Positions 51,236-63,146 of a DNA stretch of 64,000 nt are shown here, piece after piece. The notes under the pieces were generated by a model. It had not been told where the DNA came from, did not search any database, and saw nothing but the letters and a program-made list of their open reading frames with translations. The translations under genes and the position numbers were made by a program. This stretch comes from Camelus dromedarius (Eukaryota), in contig NC_087472.1 in the NCBI RefSeq assembly GCF_036321535.1, positions 94,614,001 through 94,678,000 of the forward strand. The letters run 5' to 3'. Position 1 is the stretch's first letter. Each line of letters starts with the position of its first letter.

Positions 51236-53806
51236 AACTAGAAATAAACTTCTTTCCCTCGTGTGTCTCTCCTACGTCCGAGGAGAGGAGGATGACGATA
51301 AAGGTGTCTTTGGGGAAATTAAGGTACAGTAGAGGGAGACTGCAGGTCGTGGGCAGAGTGTAGGACTGGCATGCAGGAGGTACTAGCTGGGATTCACGAA
51401 GGGAGGGATTCAGATACAAGGAAGCGTTCCCAGCATTAGAGGAACAGATAGAGAAAGGGAGCCATATACACGCCATGCTCTATTAGGGGGAGAGGGAGAG
51501 ACGTTCTCAGGTACAAGCCAGCAGTCCTAGCACAGAGGGAGACAACCAGAGAGGGAGACCAGGGAACAGGGAGAGAGGGAATCAGATAGAAGGCATCTTT
51601 CTAGCATGAGACAGAGAGACTGAGAGCTGTTCTCTGATACAAGGCATCATCCCTAGCACGACAGAGACACAGAGAGAGGGAGAGAAGGGGAGGAAGCGGG
51701 AGACAGGGAGAAGAGGGGTCGCAAATAGAACAATTCACTCTGAGACAGAGAGACACAGCAAGACAGAGACGAGGGTCAGAGATACAATCATTCACACCCA
51801 GAAAGAGAGAGAAGACAGGAGGATCTCAGATACAAGCATTCACTCCCAGAAAGAGACAGGGGGAGAGAGAGTGAAACAGACACAGCAGGGTCGCAGATAC
51901 AAGCATTCACTGTGAGACAGAGAGAAGACAGGAGATACCCTGATTGATAGAAGAATTCACTCCGAGAGAGAGAGAGAGACAGAGAGAGACGAGGGTCGCA
52001 GATAGAAGCATTCATTCTGAGAGGGGGAGAGGGGGTGAGGGGGGGGGTCGGATAGAGAGAGAGAGAAAAGACAGGAGATACTATGATAGAAAAATTCATT
52101 CCGATAAAGAGAGAGAGAGAGAGAAAAGAGATAGAGACGGAGGAGACAGGTTCTCAGATACAAGAATTCACCCCGAGAAAGAGAAAGAAAGGAGCGTCCA
52201 AGATAACAGAATTCACTCCGAGAAGGACAGAGAGAGAGAGAGGAGGGTCGCAGATACAAGCATTCACTCTGAGAGAGGAAGACGAGAGGAGAGAGAGACA
52301 GAGACAGAGCAAGACGAGGGTCGAAGATACAAGCATTCACTGCGAGAGAGAGAAAGGAAAAGAGAGAGAGAGACACAGAGAGACAGAGAGAAAGAGAGAG
52401 ACGGAGGAGACAGGTTCTTAGATTCAAGAATTCACCCCGAGAAAGAGAGAGAGAGAAAGAGAGAGAGAGAAAGGAGCGTCCAAGATAACGGAATTCACTC
52501 CTAGAGAGAGAGAGAGAAAGAAGACAGCAGATACTCTGATAGAAAAATTCATTCCGAGAGAGAGAGAGAGAGAGAAGGGTCGCAGATACAAGCATTCGTT
52601 CCGAAAGCGCGAGATAGAGAGAAACAGAAGACAGAGGAGAGAGACAGAGAGAAACGAGGGTCAGAGATACAAGCATTCACTTCAAGAGACAGACAGACAG
52701 AGGAGAGAGAGAAAGAGAGAGACAGAGACAAGGATCGCAGATCCAAGCATTCACTGTGAGAGAGAGAGAGGAGACGTAGGACACAGGTTCTCAGATACAA
52801 GAATGCAATCCGAGAGAGACAGAGAGAGAAGAGAGGAGACACACCGAGACATAGGGAAGACAGGACATACTGTGATAGAAGAATTCACTCCGAGAGAGAG
52901 AGAGAGAAAGAGAGACAGGAGGTACTCTGATAGAAGAATACACTACGGGGTGGTGGGGGGGGGGGAGAAAAAAACAGAGACATAGAGAGAGAGAGGGAGA
53001 GAGAGAGAGACGGAGGAGACAGGTTCTCAGATACAAGAATTCACACCTAGAAAGAGAGGAGGGTCGCATATAGAAGCATTCACTGAGAGAGAGAGAGAGA
53101 CAGAGAGAGAGAAAAGAGATAGAGACGGAGGAGACAAGTTCTCAGATACAAGAATTCACCCCGAGAAAGAGAGAGAAAGGAGCGTGCAAGATTACAGAAT
53201 TCACTCCTAGAAAGAGAGAGAAGACACGAGATACTCTGATAGAAAAATTCATTCCGAGAGGGAGAGAGAGAGAGAGAGAGAGAGGGAGGGACATCCGGAG
53301 GAGACAAGTTCTCAGATACAAGAATTCACTCCGACAAAGAGAGAGAGAGAATGAAAGAGACAGAGAGAGCAGGGTCGCAGAACAAGAATTCACTTCGAGA
53401 CACAGAGAGAGGAGGGTCGCAGATACAAGCATTCACTGCGAGAAAGAGAGAGAGAGGGACACAGAGAAAGAGAGAGAGAGGCGGGTCACAGATAGAAGCA
53501 TTCATTCCGAGAGAGGGAGACCGGGTGAGCGAGGGGGGGCGGAGAGAGAGAAGACAGGAGAGAGAGAGAGAGAAGAGGGAGATGAGGAGGTGAGCGGGGA
53601 GAAGTTTTCAGATACAAGCATTCATTCCGAGAGCGAGACCGAGACAGAGAGAGAGACAGAAAAGAGATAGAGACGGAGGAGACAGGTTCTCAGATACAAG
53701 AATTCACCCCGAGAAAGAGAGAGAGAGAAAGCGTGCAAGATTACAGAATTCACTCCTAGAGAGAGAGAAAGAAGACAGGAGATACTCTGATAGAAAAATT
53801 CATTCC

Positions 53807-53841
<35 letters not shown>

Positions 53842-53961
53842 GAAGGTCGCAGATATAAGCATTCACTTCGAGAGACAGGAGAGAGAGGAGAGAAGAGGGA
53901 GATGAGGAGGTGAGCGCGGAGATGTTCTAAGATACAAGCATTCAGTCCGTGAGAGCATGAG

Positions 53962-53995
<34 letters not shown>

Positions 53996-55381
53996 GAGGG
54001 TCGGAGATACAAGCATTCACTTCAAGAGACAGACAGACAGAGAGAGGAGAGAGAGAGAGAGACAGAGACGAGGGTAAGAGCTACAAGCATTCATTCCGAG
54101 AGACAGAGAGAGAGGAAGGTCGCAGATACAAGCATTCACTGCGAGAGACAGAGAGAGGGAAGAGAGAGGAGAGGGAGAGAGAGAGGAGAGAAGAGGGAGA
54201 TGAGGAGGTGAGCGCGGAGATGTTCTCAGATACAAGCATTCATTCCGAGAGCGAGACCGAGAGAGAGAAAAGAGATAGAGGCGGAGGAGACAGGTTCTCA
54301 GATCCAAGAATTCACCCCGAGAAAGAGAGGGAGAGAAAGTAGCGTGCAAGATTACAGAATTCACTCCAAGAAAGAGAGAGAGAGAGAGGAGGGTCCAAGA
54401 TACCAGAATTCACTCCTAGAGAGAGAGAAAGAAGACAGGAGATACTCTGATAGAAAAATTCATTCCGAGAGAGACAGAGAGAGAGAGAGAGAGGAAGGTC
54501 GCAGATATAAGCATTCACTTCGAGAGACAGGAGAGAGAGGAGAGAAGAGGGAGATGAGGAGGTGAGCGCGGAGATGTTCTAAGATACAAGCATTCAGTCC
54601 GTGAGAGCGTGAGAGCGAGAGAGATAGAGAGAGACAGGAGAGAGAGAGAGAAGACAGAGGAGAGAGAGAGAGAAACGAGGGTCGGAGATACAAGCATTCA
54701 CTTCAAGAGACAGACAGAGAGAGGAGAGAGAGAGAGAGACAGAACGAGGGTAACAGCTACAAGCATTCACTGCGAGAGACAGAGAGAGGGAAGAGAGAGG
54801 AGAGAACAGGGAGATGAGAAGGTGAGCGCGGAGATGTTCTCAGATACAAGCATTCATTCCGAGAGCGAGACCGAGAGAGAGAGAGAGAGAGAAAAGAGAT
54901 AGAGACGGAGGAGACAGGTTCTCAGATACAAGAATTCACCCCGAGAAAGAGAAAGAGAGAAAGGAGCGTCCAAGATAACAGAATTCACTCCGAGAAGGAC
55001 AGAGAGAGAGAGAGGAGGGTCGCAGATACAAGCATTCACTCTGAGAGAGGAAGACGAGAGGAGAGAGAGACAGAGACAGAGAGAGACGAGGGTTGGAGAT
55101 ACAAGCATTCACTTCAAGAGACAGACAGACAGAGGAGAGAGAGAAAGAGAGAGACGAGGGTAGGAGCTTCAAGCATTCATTCCGAGAGACAGAGACAGAG
55201 AGAGAGGAAGGTCGCAGATACAAGCATTCACTGCGAGAGACAGAGAGAGGGAAGAGTGAGGAGAGGGAGAGAGAGAGGAGAGAAGAGGGAGATGAGGAGG
55301 TGAGCGCGGAGATGTTCTCAGATACAAGCATTCATTCTGAGAGCGAGACCGAGAGAGAGAAAAGTGATAGAGGCGGAGGAG

Positions 55382-55615
55382 ACGCAGCGCTCGACTGTNN
55401 NNNNNNNNNNNNNNNNNNNNNNNNNNNNNNNNNNNNNNNNNNNNNNNNNNNNNNNNNNNNNNNNNNNNNNNNNNNNNNNNNNNNNNNNNNNNNNNNNNNN
55501 NNNNNNNNNNNNNNNNNNNNNNNNNNNNNNNNNNNNNNNNNNNNNNNNNNNNNNNNNNNNNNNNNNNNNNNNNNNNNNNNNNNNNNNNNNNNNNNNNNAC
55601 AGTCGAGCGCTGCGT
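55382..55615. other. Residual sequencing barcode at both contig ends (PacBio bc1008-like)
   Basis: ACGCAGCGCTCGACTGT (55382-55398) and ACAGTCGAGCGCTGCGT (55599-55615) are perfect reverse complements, abut the gap and are not seen elsewhere in the array. Confidence 0.9.
55399..55598. other. Assembly gap (200 N)
   Basis: Exactly 200 N. A round number suggests an arbitrary scaffold-join size. Confidence 0.99.
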
Positions 55616-55677
55616 AGAGGGGGGGCGGAGAGAGAGAGAGAGAAGACAGGAGATACTGTAATAGAAAAATTCATTCC

Positions 55678-55712
<35 letters not shown>

Positions 55713-56273
55713 GAAGGTCGCAGATAGAAGCATTCACTTCGAGAGACAGGAGAGAGAGAGAGAGGAGAGAAGAGGGAGATGAGGAGGTGAGCGGGGAGAA
55801 GTTTTCAGATACAAGCATTCATTCCGAGAGCGAGACCGAGAGAGAGAGAGAGAGACAGAAAAGAGATAGAGACGGAGGAGACAGGTTCTCAGATACAAGA
55901 ATTCACCCCGAGAAAGAGAGAGAGAGAAAGGAAGCGTGCAAGATTACAGAATTCACTCCAAGAAAGAGAGAGAGGAGGGTCCAAGATACCAAATTCACTC
56001 CTAGAGAGAGAGAAAGAAGACAGGAGATACTCTGATAGAAAAATTCATTCCGAGAGAGACAGAGAGAGAGAGAGAGAGGAAGGTCGCAGATATAAGCATT
56101 CACTTCGAGAGACAGGAGAGAGAGGAGAGAAGAGGGAGATGAGGAGGTGAGCGCGGAGATGTTCCAAGATACAAGCATTCAGTCTGTGAGAGCGTGACAG
56201 CGAGAGAGATAGAGAGAGAGAGAAACGAGGGTCGGAGATACAAGCATTCACTTCAAGAGACAGACAGACAGAG

Positions 56274-56322
<49 letters not shown>

Positions 56323-56749
56323 GTCGCAGATAGAAGCATTCATTCTGAGAGAGGGGGGGCGGAGAGAGAGAGAGAGAAGACAGGAGATACTGTAATAGAA
56401 AATTCATTCCGAGAGAGACAGAGAGAGAGAGAGAGAGACGGAGGTCGCAGATAGAAGCATTCACATCGAGAGACAGGAGAGAGAGAGACAGGAGAGAAGA
56501 GGGAGATGAGGAGGTGAGTGGGGAGAAGTTTTCAGATACAAGCATTCATTCCGAGAGCGAGACCGAGAGAGAGAGAGAGACAGAAAAGAGATAGAGACGG
56601 AGGAGACAGGTTCTCAGATACAAGAATTCACCCCGAGAAAGAGAGAGAGAGAAAGGAGCGTGCAAGATTACAGAATTCACTCCTAGAGAGAGAGAGAAGA
56701 CACGAGATACTCTGATAGAAAAATTCATTCAGAGAGAGAGAGGGAGGGA

Positions 56750-56812
<63 letters not shown>

Positions 56813-57211
56813 GTCGCAGATAGAAGCATTCATTCTGAGAGAGGGGGGGCGGAGAGAGAGAGAGAGAGAAGACAGGAGATACTGTAATAGAAAAATTCAT
56901 TCCGAGAGAGACAGAGAGAGAGAGACGAAGGTCGCAGATAGAAGCATTCACATCGAGAGACAGGAGAGAGAGAGAGAGGAGAGAAGAGGGAGATGAGGAG
57001 GTGAGTGGGGAGAAGTTTTCAGATACAAGCATTCATTCCGAGAGCGAGACCGAGAGAGAGAGAGAGACAGAAAAGAGATAGAGACGGAGGAGACAGGTTC
57101 TCAGATACAAGAATTCACCCCGAGAAAGAGAGAGAGAAAGGAGCGTGCAAGATTACAGAATTCACTCCTAGAGAGAGAGAGAAGACACGAGATACTCTGA
57201 TAGAAAAATTC

Positions 57212-57255
<44 letters not shown>

Positions 57256-57306
57256 AGGGACATCCGGAGGAGACAAGTTCTCAGATACAAGAATTCACTC
57301 CGACAA

Positions 57307-57337
<31 letters not shown>

Positions 57338-58251
57338 GCAGGGTCGCAGAACAAGAATTCACTTCGAGACACAGAGAGAGGAGGGTCGCAGATACAAGCA
57401 TTCACTGCGAGAAAGAGAGAGAAAGAGAGAGAGAGGGACACAGAGAAAGAGAGAGAGAGAAGCGGGTCACAGATAGAAGCATTCATTCCGAGAGAGGGAG
57501 ACCGGTGTGAGCGAGGGGGGGGCGGAGAGAGAGAAGACAGGAGAGAGAGAGACAGGAGAGAAGAGGGAGATGAGGAGGTTAGCGGGGAGAAGTTTTCAGA
57601 TACAAGCATTCATTCCGAGAGAGAAAGAGGAGGGTCGCAGATACAAGAATTCACTGCAAGAGAGGGAGAGGAGTGGAGAGGAAGACAGAGAAAAGAGAGA
57701 GAGAAGGAGGAGACAGGTTCTCAGATCCAAGAATTCACCCTGAGAAAGAGAGAGAGAGAGAGTAGGGTCACAAATACAAGCATTCATTCCCAGGGAGGGA
57801 GAGGGGGTGAGAGAGAGAAAGAGAGAGAGGGGGAGAGAGAGAGAGAGAGAAGAGAAGAGAAGGCAGGAGATACTATGATAGAAAAATTCACTCTCAGAGA
57901 CACAGAGCGGGGGAGAGAGACAGAAAGAAACAGAAAGAGAGAGACGTAGGAGACAAGTTCTCAGATCCAAGAATTCACCCTGAGAAAGAGAAAGAGAGAA
58001 AGGAGCATGCAAGCTTACAGAATTCACTCCTAGAGAGAGAGAGAAGACACGAGATACTCTGATAGAAAAATTCAATCCGAGAGAGACAGAGAGAGAGAGA
58101 GAGAGAGGAAGGTCGCAGATAGAAGCATTCACTTCGAGAGACAGGAGAGAGAGGAGAGAAGAGGGAGATGAGGAGGGTGAGCGCGGAGATGTTCTAAGAT
58201 ACAAACATTCAGTCCATGAGAGCGTGAGAGCGAGAGAGATAGAGAGAGAGC

Positions 58252-58284
<33 letters not shown>

Positions 58285-59545
58285 AACGAGGGTCGGAGAT
58301 ACAAGCATTCACTTCAAGAGACAGACATACAGAGAGAGGAGAGAGAGAGAGAGACAGAGACGAGGGTAAGAGCTACAAGCATTCACTGCGAGAGACAGAG
58401 AGAGGGAAGAGAGAGGAGAGGGAGAGAGAGAGGAGAGAAGAGGGAGATGAGGAGGTGAGCGCGGAGATGTTCTCAGATACAAGCATTCATTCCGAGAGCG
58501 AGACCGAGAGAGAGAGAGAGAGAGAGAGAAAAGAGATAGAGACGGAGGAGACAGGTTCTCAGATACAAGAATTCACCCCGAGAAAGAGAAAGAGAGAAAG
58601 GAGCGTCCAAGATAACAGAATTCACTCCGAGAAGGACAGAGAGAGAGAGAGAGGAGGGTCGCAGATACAAGCATTTACTCTGAGAGAGGAAGACGAGAGG
58701 AGAGAGAGACAGAGACAGAGAGAGACGAGGGTCGGAGATACAAGCATTCATTCCGAGAGACAGAGACAGAGAGAGAGGAAGGTCGCAGATACAAGCATTC
58801 ACTGCGAGAGACAGAGAGAGAGGGAGAGGAGAGAAGAGGGAGATGAGGAGGTGAGCGCGGAGATGTTCTCAGATACAAGCATTCATTCCGAGAGCGATAC
58901 CGAGAGAGAGAAAAGAGATAGAGGCGGAGGAGACAGGTTGTCAGATCCAAGAATTCACCCCGAGAAAGAGAGAGAGAGAAAGGAGCGTGCAAGATTACAG
59001 AATTCACTCCAAGAAAGAGAGAGAGAGAGAGGAGGGTCCAAGATACCAGAATTCACTCCTAGAGAGAGAGAAAGAAGACAGGAGATACTCCGATAGAAAA
59101 ATTCATTCCGAGAGAGACAGAGAGAGAGAGAGAGAGAGATGGGTCGCAGATAGAATCATTCATTCTGAGAGAGGGGGGGCGGAGAGAGAGAGAGAGAAGA
59201 CAGGAGATACTGTAATAGAAAAATTCATTCCGAGAGAGACAGAGAGAGAGAGAGAGAGACGAAGGTCGCAGATAGAAGCATTCACATCGAGAGACAGCAG
59301 AGAGAGAGAGAGGAGAGAAGAGGGAGATGAGGAGGTGAGTGGGGAGAAGTTTTCAGATACAAGCATTCATTCCGAGAGCGAGACCGAGAGAGAGAGAGAG
59401 ACAGAAAAGAGATAGAGATGGAGGAGACAGGTTCTCAGATACAAGAATTCACCCCGAGAAAGAGAGAGAGAAAGGAGCGTGCAAGATTACAGAATTCACT
59501 CCTAGAGAGAGAGAGAAGACACGAGATACTCTGATAGAAAAATTC

Positions 59546-59587
<42 letters not shown>

Positions 59588-59644
59588 GGAGGGAGGGACA
59601 TCCGGAGGAGACAAGTTCTCAGATACAAGAATTCACTCCGACAA

Positions 59645-59675
<31 letters not shown>

Positions 59676-60329
59676 GCAGGGTCGCAGAACAAGAATTCAC
59701 TTCGAGACACAGAGAGAGGAGGGTCGCAGATACAAGCATTCACTGCGAGAAAGAGAGAGAAAGAGAGAGAGAGGGACACAGAGAAAGAGAGAGAGAGAAG
59801 CGGGTCACAGATAGAAGCATTCATTCCGAGAGAGGGAGACCGGGTGAGCGAGGGGGGGCGGAGAGAGAGAAGACAGGAGAGAGAGAGACAGGAGAGAAGA
59901 GGGAGATGAGGAGGTTAGCGGGGAGAAGTTTTCAGATACAAGCATTCATTCCGAGAGAGAAAGAGGAGGGTCGCAGATACAAGAATTCACTGCAAGAGAG
60001 GGAGAGGAGTGGAGAGGAAGACAGAGAAAAGAGAGAGAGAAGGAGGAGACAGGTTCTCAGATCCAAGAATTCACCCTGAGAAAGAGAGAGAGAGAGAGTA
60101 GGGTCACAAATACAAGCATTCATTCCCAGGGAGGGAGAGGGGGTGAGAGAGAGAAAGAGAGAGAGGGGGAGAGAGACAGAAAGAAACAGAAAGAGAGAGA
60201 CGTAGGAGACAAGTTCTCAGATCCAAGAATTCACCCCGAGAAAGAGAAAGAGAGAAAGGAGCATGCAAGCTTACAGAATTCACTCCTAGAGAGAGAGAGA
60301 AGACACGAGATACTCTGATAGAAAAATTC

Positions 60330-60360
<31 letters not shown>

Positions 60361-60452
60361 AGGGTCGCAGATAGAAGCATACATTCTGAGAGAGGGGGGG
60401 CGGAGAGAGAGAGAGAGAAGACAGGAGATACTGTAATAGAAAAATTCATTCC

Positions 60453-60485
<33 letters not shown>

Positions 60486-62091
60486 GAAGGTCGCAGATAG
60501 AAGCATTCACTTCGAGAGACAGGAGAGAGAGAGAGAGGAGAGAAGAGGGAGATGAGGAGGTGAGCGGGGAGAAGTTTTCAGATACAAGCATTCATTCCGA
60601 GAGCGAGACCGAGAGAGAGAGAGAGACAGAAAAGAGATAGAGACGGAGGAGACAGGTTCTCAGATACAAGAATTCACCCCGAGAAAGAGAGAGAGAGAAA
60701 GGAGCGTGCAAGATTACAGAATTCACTCCAAGAAAGAGAGAGAGGAGGGTCCAAGATACCAGAATTCACTCCTAGAGAGAGAGAAAGAAGACAGGAGATA
60801 CTCTGATAGAAAAATTCATTCCGAGAGAGACAGAGAGAGAGAGAGAGAGGAAGGTCGCAGATATAAGCATTCACTTCGAGAGACAGGAGAGGAGAGAAGA
60901 GGGAGATGAGGAGGTGAGCGCGGAGATGTTCCAAGATACAAGCATTCAGTCTGTGAGAGCGTGACAGCGAGAGAGATAGAGAGAGATAGAGAGAGAGAGA
61001 GGAGGGAGAGAGAGAAGACAGAGGAGAGAGAGAGAGAAACGAGGGTCGGAGATACAAGCATTCACTTCAACAGACAGACAGACAGAGAGAGGAGAGAGAG
61101 AGAGAGACAGAGACGAGGGTAAGAGCTACAAGCATTCATTCCGAGAGACAGAGACAGAGAGAGAGGAAGGTCGCAGATACAAGCATTCACTGCGAGAGAC
61201 AGAGAGAGGGAAGAGAGAGGAGAGGGAGAGAGAGAGGAGAGAAGAGGGAGATGAGGAGGTGAGCGCGGAGATGTTCTCAGATACAAGCATTCATTCCGAG
61301 AGCGAGACCGAGAGAGAGAAAAGAGATAGAGGCGGAGGAGACAGGTTCTCAGATCCAAGAATTCACCCCGAGAAAGAGAGGGAGAGAAAGGAGCGTGCAA
61401 GATTACAGAATTCACTCCTAGAGAGAGAGAGAAGACACGAGATACTCTGATAGAAAAATTCATTCCGAGAGAGAGAGAGAGGGACGGAGGGAGATCCAGA
61501 GGAGACAAGTTCTTAGATACAAGAATTCACTCCGGGAAAGAGAGAGAGAGACAGAGAGGAGGGTCGCAGATAGAAGCATTCACTCTGAGAGAGGAAGAGG
61601 AGAGGAGAGAGAGACAGAGACAGAGAGAGACGAGGGTCGAAGATACAAGCATTCACTGCGAGAGAGAGAAAGGAAAAGAGAGAGAGAGACACAGAGAGAC
61701 AGAGAGAAAGAGAGAGACGGAGGAGACAGGTTCTTAGATTCAAGAATTCACCCTGAGAAAGAGAGAGAGAGAGGAGGGTCGCAAATACAAGCATTCATTC
61801 CCAGGGAGGGAGAGGGGGTGAGAGAGAGAAAGAGAGAGAGGGGGAGAGAGAGAGAGAGAGAGAAGAGAAGAGAAGGCAGGAGATACTATGATAGAAAAAT
61901 TCACTCTCAGAGACACAGAGCGGGGGAGAGAGACAGAAAGAAACAGAAAGAGAGAGACGTAGGAGACAAGTTCTCAGATCCAAGAATTCACCCCGAGAAA
62001 GAGAAAGAGAGAAAGGAGCGTGCAAGCTTACAGAATTCACTCCTAGAGAGAGAGAGAAGACACGAGATACTCTGATAGAAAAATTCATTCC

Positions 62092-62123
<32 letters not shown>

Positions 62124-62259
62124 CAGGAGGTACTCTGATAGAAGAATACACTACGGGGTGGTGGGGGGGGGGAGAAAAAAACAGAGACAGAGAGAGAGAG
62201 AGGGAGAGAGAGAGAGACGGAGGAGACAGGTTCTCAGATACAAGAATTCACTCCGACAA

Positions 62260-62290
<31 letters not shown>

Positions 62291-63112
62291 GCAGGGTCGC
62301 AGAACAAGAATTCACTTCGAGACACAGAGAGAGGAGGGTCGCAGATACAAGCATTCACTGCGAGAAAGAGAGAGAAAGAGAGAGAGAGGGACACAGAGAA
62401 AGAGAGAGAGAGAAGCGGGTCACAGATAGAAGCATTCATTCCGAGAGAGGGAGACCGGTGTGAGCGAGGGGGGGCGGAGAGAGAGAAGACAGGAGAGAGA
62501 GAGACAGGAGAGAAGAGGGAGATGAGGAGGTTAGCGGGGAGAAGTTTTCAGATACAAGCATTCATTCCGAGAGAGAAAGAGGAGGGTCGCAGATACAAGA
62601 ATTCACTGCAAGAGAGGGAGAGGAGTGGAGAGGAAGACAGAGAAAAGAGAGAGAGAAGGAGGAGACAGGTTCTCAGATCCAAGAATTCACCCTGAGAAAG
62701 AGAGAGAGAGAGAGTAGGGTCACAAATACAAGCATTCATTCCCAGGGAGGGAGAGGGGGTGAGAGAGAGAAAGAGAGAGAGGGGGGAGAGAGACAGAAAG
62801 AAACAGAAAGAGAGAGACGTAGGAGACAAGTTCTCAGATCCAAGAATTCACCCCGAGAAAGAGAAAGAGAGAAAGGAGCATGCAAGCTTACAGAATTCAC
62901 TCCTAGAGAGAGAGAGAAGACACGAGATACTCTGATAGAAAAATTCAATCCGAGAGAGACAGAGAGAGAGAGAGAGAGAGGAAGGTCGCAGATAGAAGCA
63001 TTCACTTCGAGAGACAGGAGAGAGAGGAGAGAAGAGGGAGATGAGGAGGTGAGCGCGGAGATGTTCTAAGATACAAACATTCAGTCCGTGAGAGCGTGAG
63101 AGCGAGAGAGAT

Positions 63113-63146
<34 letters not shown>

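Noticed and set aside
55382..55615. Terminal inverted repeats of a transposon around the gap
   Set aside because: They sit exactly at contig ends, have no TSD and match a sequencing barcode.
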